Shown here piece by piece: positions 31,054 through 40,552 of a stretch of 64,000 bases of DNA. This DNA is from Pseudomonadota bacterium (GTDB taxonomy: Bacteria; Bdellovibrionota_F; JAHFAK01; JBDREC01). The notes below the pieces were generated by a model. It saw only the letters and a program-made list of their open reading frames with translations, did not search any database and was not told the DNA's origin. Made by a program: the position numbers and the translations under genes. Numbering within the stretch: position 1 is the first letter of the stretch; every line of letters begins with the position of its first letter. The DNA is taken from assembly GCA_043820105.1 (NCBI GenBank), contig JBDREC010000029.1, positions 1 through 64,000 of the forward strand. The letters are read 5' to 3'.

Positions 31054-32958
31054 ATGAAAATTACATGTAAAAATTGTTTTGCTACTTATAACCTTGATGA
31101 AACAAAGATCAAGACAGATGAAATTAAAGTTAGATGTTCTAAATGCAACTATTCCTTCACTGTTAGTCCAAATGCTAAGCCTGAAACAAAGCCTCCAACA
31201 GTAGCTAAACCTAAAATCAAATCTGAGTTGAAAGAAGATATTCCGCAAAATACAGAAGAGGATGATGACAATAAACAGCTGCTGGTTCGCCTGGCTAGTG
31301 GTCAGACTTATGAAGTTGACGATCATGATACTTTGAAAAATTGGATTAAGGAAAATAGACTTACTCCTGATGATGAATTAAGTATAACAGGTGGCAGATT
31401 TTTAAGGATTGGTGATTTATCAGAGTTTCAAGAGCTTTTTGGGGTTGATTCAGGACCCGAGACTACAGATAGATATGAAAAGCCACCTAAGCTAGAGGAT
31501 GATGATTTCTCTCCCACCCAAACAGAAGATTCACCGAGTGTTCGTGATGATTTTCCTTCTATGCCTCACATTCCCGGTGCTTTTGATACAAATCAACCAA
31601 CCTTTAAAGGAGAACTGAAATTTGATTCTCCCCAATCCCCCTCTCAAGTAGTTAGGACAGAAGCTGGGAGAGAAGATACTTATGTGAAGGCTAAATCAGA
31701 AACCAAGAAAAAATCAAAATCACGATTAAAAATAACAATTCCTATTATATTAATTTTAATAATAGCCGCTGTCTTAGCCAAGAATCCACATTACCTTGAA
31801 CAAGCTTCAAAAATTATTAAGCGTTATGTGTCTGGTGATAAGTATGAGCTTGATAAAGCCAAGCTTGCTCAAGAAGAACTAGCAAAAGAGGCAATAGAAG
31901 CAGCTCAGCCCCCTAAGCCTGAATACCTTGATAATCCTAATTATGTAAAAGCTATCAGACTATTTAAGTATGATCTAACTGAGGGTTATGAGCTTGCCAA
32001 AAAAGAGATTGAAAATTTACTATACAGCTTTAATGAGCCAGAATTATATGGTGCCATGGCCTTGAATTTAGCTCTTTATGGTTATAGGCAAAAGGATGAA
32101 AAACTTTTAGTTTCTGCTATGGAGTACGCCAATTCTAATTTAGCAGTTGAGGGGTCAACAAAAGCTGATGCCTATAAAGCTCTCGCAGTTTATTATTTAG
32201 CAAAAGGCAATCTTCCCCTTTATTCAAAAAGAACAGAAGAATACTTAAATAATATCCCTGCTAATGTTGAATCTGATCATTTATGGGGACTTTATTATAA
32301 GAAAAAGAACATATTGAAAGAAGCGGAAGTCCGCTTTGTGCAGGCATCTCAAAAAGACGCTGAACTAATGCTACCAAGGAGAGAGTTGCTTGAAATAGCA
32401 CAGCTTCGAAAAGAAGAAAATATGGCCAACCTTTATACACAAGAAATAGAAAAGAATAAAACTCTTTTAATTATGGATTATCCAGATCTTGGTACAGCCT
32501 TGAATAAAAAAGAAGAGCCAAAGCCTGTAGTAAAAGAAGAAAAAATAGTGAAAAAAATAATACCCAAACCAAAACCCAAGCCAATACCAAAACCAAAGCC
32601 TTTAACTGCCCAAGATCATTTTAACACAGGGAGAGATTTTTATAAAAAGGGAGAGTTCCAAAAGGCTTTTGATTCATTTTCTCAAGCTATTAAAATTGGA
32701 GCGAATAATCCTATATATCATTATTACACAGGCATTACGTATCAGGAGCTTTACCAAACGGAAAAAGCTGTTGAAGAATATAAAAAAGCTATTTCTCTTA
32801 ATCCTAATTATGCTCCGCCTTATAAGAGCCTAGGTATTATGTATGCTCAGTTTGGTGAAAACTTAAAAGCAAAAATTGCACTAAAAAAATATTTAACATT
32901 GAATCCAAACGCGGGTGATAAAGCTGAAATTAATACTATGCTTTCTGAGTTGCAATAA
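31054..32958 (+). CDS. Zn-ribbon (MJ0042-type) + GYF_2-like + TM + periplasmic TPR protein
   Basis: CKNC...CSKC; LKNWIKENRLTPDDELS; TM helix; PKP linker; C-terminal TPRs. Confidence 0.85.
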   Translation: MKITCKNCFATYNLDETKIKTDEIKVRCSKCNYSFTVSPNAKPETKPPTVAKPKIKSELKEDIPQNTEEDDDNKQLLVRLASGQTYEVDDHDTLKNWIKENRLTPDDELSITGGRFLRIGDLSEFQELFGVDSGPETTDRYEKPPKLEDDDFSPTQTEDSPSVRDDFPSMPHIPGAFDTNQPTFKGELKFDSPQSPSQVVRTEAGREDTYVKAKSETKKKSKSRLKITIPIILILIIAAVLAKNPHYLEQASKIIKRYVSGDKYELDKAKLAQEELAKEAIEAAQPPKPEYLDNPNYVKAIRLFKYDLTEGYELAKKEIENLLYSFNEPELYGAMALNLALYGYRQKDEKLLVSAMEYANSNLAVEGSTKADAYKALAVYYLAKGNLPLYSKRTEEYLNNIPANVESDHLWGLYYKKKNILKEAEVRFVQASQKDAELMLPRRELLEIAQLRKEENMANLYTQEIEKNKTLLIMDYPDLGTALNKKEEPKPVVKEEKIVKKIIPKPKPKPIPKPKPLTAQDHFNTGRDFYKKGEFQKAFDSFSQAIKIGANNPIYHYYTGITYQELYQTEKAVEEYKKAISLNPNYAPPYKSLGIMYAQFGENLKAKIALKKYLTLNPNAGDKAEINTMLSELQ

Positions 32959-32987
32959 TATTGAAGGAAAAAGGTTTATAAAATCAA

Positions 32988-34169
32988 ATGGACAAAGTCT
33001 ATCCTAAAAAAGTGCTTCATGTTCACACTCTGCCTGTTATTAGTGGATCCGGAATTAATACTTTTTTAACAATGAAAGGCACAAGAGATTATGGCTATGA
33101 AAGTGATTTAGCTTGTGCTCCTACTCAAAATGAATTTGAAAAGTTAGAAGAATTTGTTAAAAACCACGATTTCAATTTTATTCCTATTCAGCATTTTAAA
33201 CAACCTATTTCACCAATAAATGACATTCTTGCTTTAATAGAGCTTTATATTTTAATGAAAAAAGAAAAGTATGATGTTGTTCATACCCATAACTCTAAGG
33301 CTGGATTCATTGGTCGACTCGCAGCTTTTTTGGCTAGGGTTCCTGCTATTATCCACACTGTTCATGGTTTCGCCTTTCATCCAGCGGAAAAAAAAGTATT
33401 AAGATATATTTTTATTATTTTAGAACGACTTGTAGCTTTGATAACAGACAAAATGATTTTTATTTCAGAGCCAATGATAGTATGGGCTGAAAAATATAAA
33501 ATAGCTAAGAAATCTGAAGCCGAAAAAATATACAGCTGCATTGACTTAAATGAATTTTCATATGAAAAAGCCAATGGTAAAAGCATTAGGGAAAAATATA
33601 ACATTCCCCTAGACGCGTCCGTTATTGGCTGCGTTTCTAAGTTATGGGATGGAAAAGGCCATTCATATCTTATTGAGGCTTTTGAAAATGTTTTTAATAA
33701 AGCCCCCAATTCTTACTTGATGATTGTTGGTGAGGGTTATTTAGAAGAAGCGCTTAGGAAGCAGGTTTCTTCTTTGGCTTGTAGGGGAAATGTTGTTTTT
33801 ACAGGCTTTCATTCTGATATGGCAGATGTTACGAAATCCTTTAACATAAGCGCTTTAGCCTCAGATTATGAGGGTATGAGTAGAATTTTGTTAGAAGGAA
33901 TGGCTATGAAGAAACCTTTAGTAGCTACTGCAGTGGGTGGGATGGTTGACTTAGTTGATGACAATAAAAATGGCTTTCTTGTAGAGCCTGGAAATGCGGA
34001 AGAAATCGCAAGCGCCTTGTTGAAGCTTGTTGAGAATAAAGAACTTGCACAAGAGTTTGGTGAAAACGGCTACAAAAAGGTTACATCTGGGGAATATAGT
34101 ATTGAAACAATGGTTAGAAAAATTGCAGATGTATATGAGCAGGTTTTAAAAACGAAGGGGTTATTATAA
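32988..34169 (+). CDS. GT4 family glycosyltransferase
   Basis: HTHNSKAG, HTVHG, KGH, EGMSRILLEGMA (ExxxxxxxE) motifs. Confidence 0.92.
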   Translation: MDKVYPKKVLHVHTLPVISGSGINTFLTMKGTRDYGYESDLACAPTQNEFEKLEEFVKNHDFNFIPIQHFKQPISPINDILALIELYILMKKEKYDVVHTHNSKAGFIGRLAAFLARVPAIIHTVHGFAFHPAEKKVLRYIFIILERLVALITDKMIFISEPMIVWAEKYKIAKKSEAEKIYSCIDLNEFSYEKANGKSIREKYNIPLDASVIGCVSKLWDGKGHSYLIEAFENVFNKAPNSYLMIVGEGYLEEALRKQVSSLACRGNVVFTGFHSDMADVTKSFNISALASDYEGMSRILLEGMAMKKPLVATAVGGMVDLVDDNKNGFLVEPGNAEEIASALLKLVENKELAQEFGENGYKKVTSGEYSIETMVRKIADVYEQVLKTKGLL

Positions 34170-35674
34170 TGCAGATTTATTTTCTTCCATATATATTTAT
34201 TTTTTTTATTGCATTGTTTTTTAGTATAGCTACAAATTTTATTTTTTTAAAAACAGCTCCAATAATAAAACTTCTTGATAAACCGTCCAAAAGAAAATTT
34301 CAAACAAAGCCAATGCCCTTAACAGGTGGACCAGCAATATATTTATCATTTTTTGCATCTTTATTTATTGCGAAAATAATTTGGGGTCAGCCAATTATTA
34401 ATTTTGGAGATCGTTTTTATGGTCTTTTTTTAGCCAGCACAGTTCTTATTATTATAGGAATTTTCGATGATTACTATAATCTTAATGCCTATGTTAAATT
34501 GTTTTTCCAGATTACAGCGGCTATAATATTAATATTTTTTGGTTATAATGTTGAGGTAATGACTACGCCCTTTTTTGAAATGGAGTTTCAGTTAAATATT
34601 GTTCTTTCATATATCATGGGGATCGCCTGGATTTTAATTGTAATGAATTCTATTAATTTAATTGATGGAGTTGATGGTCTCGCTGGAGGAGTTATTTTTA
34701 TAGCAAGCGCTACTTTGTTTGTTTTGTTTTCTATAAGGCACGACTTCTTTGCTCCAATTATGATGCTGGTTTTAGCGTCTACTGTCTTGGGTTTCTTGTT
34801 TTTTAATTTGCCTCCTGCCAGGGTTTATCTTTCTAATTCAGGGTCATTGTTTACTGGGTTTTTGCTTGCTTCTATTTCTTTGTATGGTTTTCAGAAGGCC
34901 TCAACAATGATTGCTCTTACTATACCTCTTTCTATTTTAGCGATACCCCTTTTTGATACATTTAGTGCTATCATTCGTCGTGGCAGAGTTAATCTTTTTA
35001 AAATATTCAAAGCTGATCGTTTTCATCTTCATCACAGGCTAATAGCAATTGGGATTAGCCCAAGAAAACTGATAACAGTTATTTATTTTTGTTCAATACT
35101 GTTAGGGCTTTCAGCCATTCTACTTGATTCTATTCCACATCAATATGTTATAGTTTTTATTGTTATTTTTATAATGTTTGTTATTTTATTTACAAAGGTT
35201 TTATTATTTGTTGAGAGATTTTTAACATTAAAGATTCTTGATTTTAAAAGAGTTTCAATAAGAGAGATTGGTCAAGGCTTAACCCCATATGGCCAATTAT
35301 GCGAAATAATGACAAGGCTACTAGACGAAGAAGAAAATGTTAGAAAAGATTTTAAAGTGGTTTTATTTTCTATTGATGGCATGAGGCGTGATGGTGTTAG
35401 TAATGAGGATATTAGGTTAGAAATGTTAAAAATAGCAAATGTCGTTGGGAAAGCTATTAGAGGTGGAGACCTGGTTACATATTTAGGCGCAGAACGCTTT
35501 GTCCTCGTTTTATATAACATCTCTGAGAATATTAATATTGCTACATCAAGGTTATCGGCTCTATTTCCCATTCACCTTGAAAAGCAGAAAAAACCTTTGA
35601 AAATAAATATTATTGATATCATTGATGCAAGTGACTCTCAGAAAATTAAATTAATTCTTGGAATTTTAGAATAG
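34169..35674 (+). CDS. WecA/TagO (MraY-like) polyprenyl-phosphate HexNAc-1-P transferase with C-terminal degenerate GGDEF-like domain
   Basis: DKPSKRK..P..GG, GIFDD, NSINLIDGVDGLA, FFNLPPA, DT..IIRR, DRFHLHHRL; C-terminal RGGDLVTYLGAERF. Confidence 0.88.
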   Translation: MQIYFLPYIFIFFIALFFSIATNFIFLKTAPIIKLLDKPSKRKFQTKPMPLTGGPAIYLSFFASLFIAKIIWGQPIINFGDRFYGLFLASTVLIIIGIFDDYYNLNAYVKLFFQITAAIILIFFGYNVEVMTTPFFEMEFQLNIVLSYIMGIAWILIVMNSINLIDGVDGLAGGVIFIASATLFVLFSIRHDFFAPIMMLVLASTVLGFLFFNLPPARVYLSNSGSLFTGFLLASISLYGFQKASTMIALTIPLSILAIPLFDTFSAIIRRGRVNLFKIFKADRFHLHHRLIAIGISPRKLITVIYFCSILLGLSAILLDSIPHQYVIVFIVIFIMFVILFTKVLLFVERFLTLKILDFKRVSIREIGQGLTPYGQLCEIMTRLLDEEENVRKDFKVVLFSIDGMRRDGVSNEDIRLEMLKIANVVGKAIRGGDLVTYLGAERFVLVLYNISENINIATSRLSALFPIHLEKQKKPLKINIIDIIDASDSQKIKLILGILE

Positions 35675-35688
35675 TATATTAGGAGAAT

Positions 35689-37248
35689 ATGTTGAAAAAG
35701 ATAATTATTCTTATTTGTTTTTTCTTTTTATTTCTTTTTATTTTTTCTTTTGCTCAAAATAATCAAGTGGGAGAAGTGGGAAATGAAAAGATTGATCCAA
35801 AAATAAATATTTCTGATTTTGAAGGTTATAAACAATATATTTCAGCCATACATGTTCAATCAAGTTATTCATCAGGGGAAGATTCTATTCCAACCATAGC
35901 AAAGAGAGCTTATGACAAAGGTATATCAATAGTTATGATGACTGACACTCTTATTAAAGAGGTGTTTTATGGTTTTCCTCCTTTTAGGAATGTTTTGGGA
36001 GTTTCAGTCTCAGAGAGTTCTATTTTAAAAAATGGTCCAGCGGAATATCTGAAAATTATAGAAAAAGTAAATGATGATTACTATGATAAGGGTTTAATAA
36101 TGATACCGGGGTGTGAGGCTTCTCCTTTTCATTATTGGGAAGGCTCTGTTTTTAAAGGAGATCTAACAATTAAAGATTGGCGCAGGCATCTTCATGTTGT
36201 TGGTCTTTATAAGCCCTGGCAATACAAACAACTTCCTGTTGTGCATGGTGGCTGGACCAAGAGAAATATTAGAAAGTATATGTTTGTTTTTTTAATGTTT
36301 TCTCTGGCAATAATATTGGGAATAGTTTTAATCATGAAAAAGGGATATATTAGATATATTGGAATCATTATTGCTATTTTTGGATTAATGGGAACAATTA
36401 ATAATTTTCCTCTGCGTAGCTCCAAATACAATCCATACTATGGCAGCTATCAGCATTCCCCCTATCAACACTTCATTAATAAAGCGAATACCTTTGGAGG
36501 GATGGTTTTTTATGCTCATCCAGAATCAAATAAGGAGGAAGAAGAAATTTCAGGCAGAGGGTTTCTTTCTTTTTTAAAACTTAAAATGAAAACAGCTAAA
36601 TACCCTAATCTGCTTGTTAAAACTAGAGATTATGCAGGGTTTGAGGGTGCATACTCACGTTCAGCTAAAGCAATTTATGCTGGAAATCAATGGGATAAGG
36701 TTCTTGGCGAATATTTAAACAGGGTACGTGATTTGGCTCCATGGACGATTTCAGGAGGTGATTATCATGGTCTTAAACCTGAAGGAGGCTGGGGTAATAT
36801 TGAATCTGGGCAAACAATCTTATTATTAAAGAACTTTGAGCTTACTGAAATCTTTGCTGCTATGTGGGAAGGGCGAATGTATAGTGTCAGAAATGGCAAA
36901 CAGGCTTCAGAAAATGGATATTTGATTATGCCCAAATTTTACCTTGAAAATTCAGAAGAAACACAAAAAGCAATAAGTGGACAGGAGCTTGTTACAAGTA
37001 AATTAGTAAATTTAAATATTAACTTAAAAACAACCTTAGATAAAGCAGTTGAACTAAAATTAATGATAATAAAAAATGGCGAGCTAATTAAGGAAGAAAA
37101 AATTAAAACACCTTATGAGCTCGTAATTACTGATGATGTTTCAGCTGAATTTAAAGGATATTATAGGATAATCGCAGAGGGTTCAAGTTATCAACTTGTT
37201 TCAAATCCTATATTTTATAGAGTTAATAAAGAAAGTAAAAGGTATTAA
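35689..37248 (+). CDS. Membrane-anchored PHP-like metal-dependent hydrolase
   Basis: HVQSSYSSG, TD, GCE, H, AHP and GGDYHG PHP-type motifs; signal peptide and internal TM pair. Confidence 0.65.
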   Translation: MLKKIIILICFFFLFLFIFSFAQNNQVGEVGNEKIDPKINISDFEGYKQYISAIHVQSSYSSGEDSIPTIAKRAYDKGISIVMMTDTLIKEVFYGFPPFRNVLGVSVSESSILKNGPAEYLKIIEKVNDDYYDKGLIMIPGCEASPFHYWEGSVFKGDLTIKDWRRHLHVVGLYKPWQYKQLPVVHGGWTKRNIRKYMFVFLMFSLAIILGIVLIMKKGYIRYIGIIIAIFGLMGTINNFPLRSSKYNPYYGSYQHSPYQHFINKANTFGGMVFYAHPESNKEEEEISGRGFLSFLKLKMKTAKYPNLLVKTRDYAGFEGAYSRSAKAIYAGNQWDKVLGEYLNRVRDLAPWTISGGDYHGLKPEGGWGNIESGQTILLLKNFELTEIFAAMWEGRMYSVRNGKQASENGYLIMPKFYLENSEETQKAISGQELVTSKLVNLNINLKTTLDKAVELKLMIIKNGELIKEEKIKTPYELVITDDVSAEFKGYYRIIAEGSSYQLVSNPIFYRVNKESKRY

Positions 37249-37661
37249 GGGGTTGTAATGCTCATGTTGACTTCTGTTATTATTCCATCTTCAATAGATA
37301 TAGCACTTGAGTTTGTAGCTCCTGGATTATCAGTATATGATAAAGAACCTGTTAAGATTAGTGTTCCACTAGCATCATAAACCTCAATTTTTGGTAATAA
37401 ATCTGTGCCAATTGGCAAGTCGTCTGTTCTAAAAGAATCATTGTTTCGGCCACTATACTCAACCAAAAAAAGTTGAGCTCCACTGGTAGTTTCTATTGAG
37501 AACCAATAAATATTTCCATCTTGGTAATAAAGATCATAAATTGAATCTTCAGGATCATCTATAAAAACATCAAGAGAGTAAGATGGGGCACATGAATTTA
37601 AAGAAAAATAAGCAAATAATGCTATTATAATTAAAACTGTTTTAATAATAAAATGTTTCAT
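37245..37661 (-). CDS. Small lipoprotein
   Basis: Signal peptide ending LNSC. Confidence 0.7.
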   Translation of the reverse strand: MKHFIIKTVLIIIALFAYFSLNSCAPSYSLDVFIDDPEDSIYDLYYQDGNIYWFSIETTSGAQLFLVEYSGRNNDSFRTDDLPIGTDLLPKIEVYDASGTLILTGSLSYTDNPGATNSSAISIEDGIITEVNMSITTP

Positions 37662-37739
37662 CTGTTATTGTCTGTATTAATTAATAATGAAAAAGCTTAG
37701 CATAATTGATGATTTATGGTCAAGGGGGAAATGTGTGTT

Positions 37740-37767
37740 GCGTACAGCGTACAGCGTACGGCGTAAA
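37740..37767. repeat. GCGTACA heptamer array x4
   Basis: gcgtaca gcgtaca gcgtacg gcgtaaa directly after the stop of the minus-strand lyase gene. Confidence 0.75.
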
Positions 37768-37771
37768 AGGA

Positions 37772-39046
37772 TTAAACTTTTTCCAGGGCTTCGTCCATAG
37801 CCTTGATTAGGTCTTCAATGTCTTCGATTCCTACTGAAACTCTTACTAGGCCGTCTGTTATTCCGCCTTTTTCTCGTTTTTCTTTTGGAACACAGGCATG
37901 GGTCATTGAAGCAGGGTGTTGAATAAGTGAATCAACGCAGCCAAGGGAAACTGCTAGTGTAAAGATTCTAATATTATCCATAAGTTTTTTGCCAGCTGTA
38001 AGGCCACCTTTGATGTCAAAAGAAACCATGGCACCAAAGTCCTTCATTTGCTCTCTTGCTAAATTATAATAGGGAGAAGTTTCAAGGCCTGGATAATAGA
38101 CTTTTTCAACCTTTGGGTGCTTATATAAATATTTAGCTATTTCCATTGCATTTTTACATTGCTTGTCCATTCTTATTGAAAGGGTTTTTAGACCTAGGTT
38201 TACAAGCCATGAATCAAAAGGGCTTGGGCTTCCACCAACATCTTTGATTACAGTGTAAACAGCATTTTTCACTTCATCACAAATTGTTGTCATGAGTCCG
38301 CCAACTACAGTTCCATGTCCACAAATATATTTTGTAGTTGAATGAATTACAGTATCAGCTCCAAGTTCCAGAGGTCTTTGCAAATATGGAGAGGCAAAAG
38401 TATTATCTACAATTACTTTCATGTCAGGATTTATTGTTTTAACAATTTCACAGATTTTTTTAATGTCTGAAACAACTAGCATGGGATTTGTGGGGGTTTC
38501 AAACAAAAGGCACTTTGCCTTTGGATTGCTTTTTATAGTTTCTTCAACTGCCTCAAGGTCAGCTGTATTTACTTCAACAGTATTTATTCCATAGCGATTT
38601 AATACATTAAAGGCCAGGTGTTGAGTAGCTCCATACATTACATCACCCAAGATAACAGTATCTCCATGGCTTGCGAGAGCTAATAAGGTTGAAGCTACAG
38701 CACTCATTCCAGATGAAAACGCAATAGTTGAAACTCTTAAGTCTGGGTTTTGTTTTTTTACTTCAGCTCCCTCCAGGGCATTTATTTTTGCTTCTAAAAG
38801 CAGAACAGTAGGATTTCCAAGTCTAGTGTACATATATCCAGGTTTTTGCCCTGAAAAGATATCAGCTCCTTCTTCAACATCTTTAAATACAAAAGTTGAA
38901 GTTTGATAGATTGCTCCAGTGTGAGATGTCTGTTGTGGTTGCCCAACATGCTCACCTGCGTGAACTGTTCTTGTAGTAAATCCACAATCCAAATAATATT
39001 TTTCTAGTAGTTCCAGGCTTTTGCTATCTTCCATTTTTTTCTCCAT
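37772..39046 (-). CDS. megL: Methionine gamma-lyase / Cys-Met metabolism PLP enzyme
   Basis: YTRLGNPT, SSGMSA, ETPTNP, DNTF, HSTTKYICGHG, AVSLG..SLIQHPASMTH motifs. Confidence 0.85.
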   Translation of the reverse strand: MEKKMEDSKSLELLEKYYLDCGFTTRTVHAGEHVGQPQQTSHTGAIYQTSTFVFKDVEEGADIFSGQKPGYMYTRLGNPTVLLLEAKINALEGAEVKKQNPDLRVSTIAFSSGMSAVASTLLALASHGDTVILGDVMYGATQHLAFNVLNRYGINTVEVNTADLEAVEETIKSNPKAKCLLFETPTNPMLVVSDIKKICEIVKTINPDMKVIVDNTFASPYLQRPLELGADTVIHSTTKYICGHGTVVGGLMTTICDEVKNAVYTVIKDVGGSPSPFDSWLVNLGLKTLSIRMDKQCKNAMEIAKYLYKHPKVEKVYYPGLETSPYYNLAREQMKDFGAMVSFDIKGGLTAGKKLMDNIRIFTLAVSLGCVDSLIQHPASMTHACVPKEKREKGGITDGLVRVSVGIEDIEDLIKAMDEALEKV

Positions 39047-39118
39047 CTAGTGAATGTCATGAAAGTCTTTTAGCATAAAACCAACTAAACACAACAGAAA
39101 AACATACTGAATTAAAAT

Positions 39119-39153
39119 TAATTATTAATTGTTAATTATTGATTATTAATTAT
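39119..39153. repeat. TAATTAT heptamer array x5
   Basis: taattat taattgt taattat tgattat taattat. Confidence 0.5.
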
Positions 39154-39205
39154 TTTAAAAAAAAGATTTAATAATTTCAGAGATAGACCGGCCAGACATT
39201 CTTCA

Positions 39206-40267
39206 CTAAAAATCTGCGACTGCTTGATATTGAAGCATGCTTTCTTCGCTTACGCCATCTGAAGACTCAGAGGATGTTTGCGAGCTTGCTATTGGGGCGT
39301 TTTTATCAAACGTTGTTGGTTTTGTGTCTTTAGCAACTTCTCTTTTTGCTACTCTGCGTGACATCAGGTCAATTCTTTCTACTTCTCTTTCTGTAAAGAA
39401 ATTATTGAGATCTGGGATCTGGCTTGTTAGTTGATCTCGCTCTATCATTTCACCTCTTGTTAAAACAAATCCTGCTTGTTCTCTGTATTGAATTTCATAG
39501 TATCTTTGAGTTTTTCTTCTAAGATTTTTTGCTTCTTTGGTTTGAAATCTGTAAATATCGCATCCTTCAGATCCATTATAATCTCCACCAATATAACATG
39601 CATCATCAATGTCTTGACAAGCAAAAATTGTTTCACCACCTGCACATGAGCTTAACACTCTGTCGCAAAATGATTTTTGTGAGTTGCCAAGAGAGTTGAA
39701 ACTAGCTGCGCAGGCTTCTGCTGTTGGAGTTTTCTTTGATTTTGCTTCTTTTGCTATTGCTAGAAGTTCAATGTGTGTATCTGATAATGTTCCACTTACA
39801 CAAGCAAGACGCTTGTCTATTTTTCGTTTAGCTTCTTCCATTTCTGCTTCTGTTATGGCATCATCTCGTCTAATTGGTTTTGTTTCATATGTTCCAGCTA
39901 ACACCGCATCAACTGATTCTGTCATTTCTTCCTGGGCTTTTCTTTCTTCAAGCATTGCCCTGTGTCTTGCCAAAAAATCTGATGATACAGCAGGTTTCGG
40001 ATCGTTTCTTTTTAGTGCTTCAAGTTCAGCTGCTGTAATAGCTGCTGGCTTGTCAGAGCGTTTTGGGTTTTCTAAATCTGTACGCATTCTTTCTGCTTGC
40101 CTGGTTCTGTAAGCAGCTGTATCTTCTTCAATTATTCTTCTTGAACCTTCTTCAATCATAGCTTCATAGTCTTCACTAATTGCTATTTGTGATAATGAAG
40201 GAAGAATAAATAAAGAAATAATAAGAATTTGTAAGCAGATTTTAGATCTTTTAAGTAACTTTTCCAT
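39206..40267 (-). CDS. Orphan secreted protein with a Cys-rich central module
   Basis: Signal peptide, SD AGGAG, charged helical N-terminus, cluster of cysteines. Confidence 0.75.
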   Translation of the reverse strand: MEKLLKRSKICLQILIISLFILPSLSQIAISEDYEAMIEEGSRRIIEEDTAAYRTRQAERMRTDLENPKRSDKPAAITAAELEALKRNDPKPAVSSDFLARHRAMLEERKAQEEMTESVDAVLAGTYETKPIRRDDAITEAEMEEAKRKIDKRLACVSGTLSDTHIELLAIAKEAKSKKTPTAEACAASFNSLGNSQKSFCDRVLSSCAGGETIFACQDIDDACYIGGDYNGSEGCDIYRFQTKEAKNLRRKTQRYYEIQYREQAGFVLTRGEMIERDQLTSQIPDLNNFFTEREVERIDLMSRRVAKREVAKDTKPTTFDKNAPIASSQTSSESSDGVSEESMLQYQAVADF

Positions 40268-40325
40268 AATTCTCTCCTTTAAAATACATAATGTTTTACA
40301 CTTTTTTTTATTGTTAGATTAAAAA

Positions 40326-40341
40326 TTCAAGTTCTGTGCCA
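40326..40341 (-). promoter_or_regulatory. Sigma-54-like promoter with -12 variant TTGAA
   Basis: TGGCACAGAACTTGAA. Confidence 0.6.
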
Positions 40342-40481
40342 AAACAGGCAGAATGAAAAAACATAAATAAAACAATTTGTTGCTGTGCAAGAGCGACGAA
40401 TCTTTTTTTCAAAAACAGGAGATTAAAGTGGGTGGCATTTTTTTAATCAAACGTTGGACGCCAGCTTTTACGAATTACGAG

Positions 40482-40538
40482 TTGACTTTTTTAATAAAAT
40501 TTATTAGAATGATGTGAAATAGTCGGTAAAATTCACAT
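40482..40538 (+). promoter_or_regulatory. Sigma-70 promoter followed by an inverted repeat (possible operator)
   Basis: TTGACT-N17-TAGAAT, then ATGTGAA-N13-TTCACAT. Confidence 0.55.
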
Positions 40539-40552
40539 TGATTTGGTGGAAA

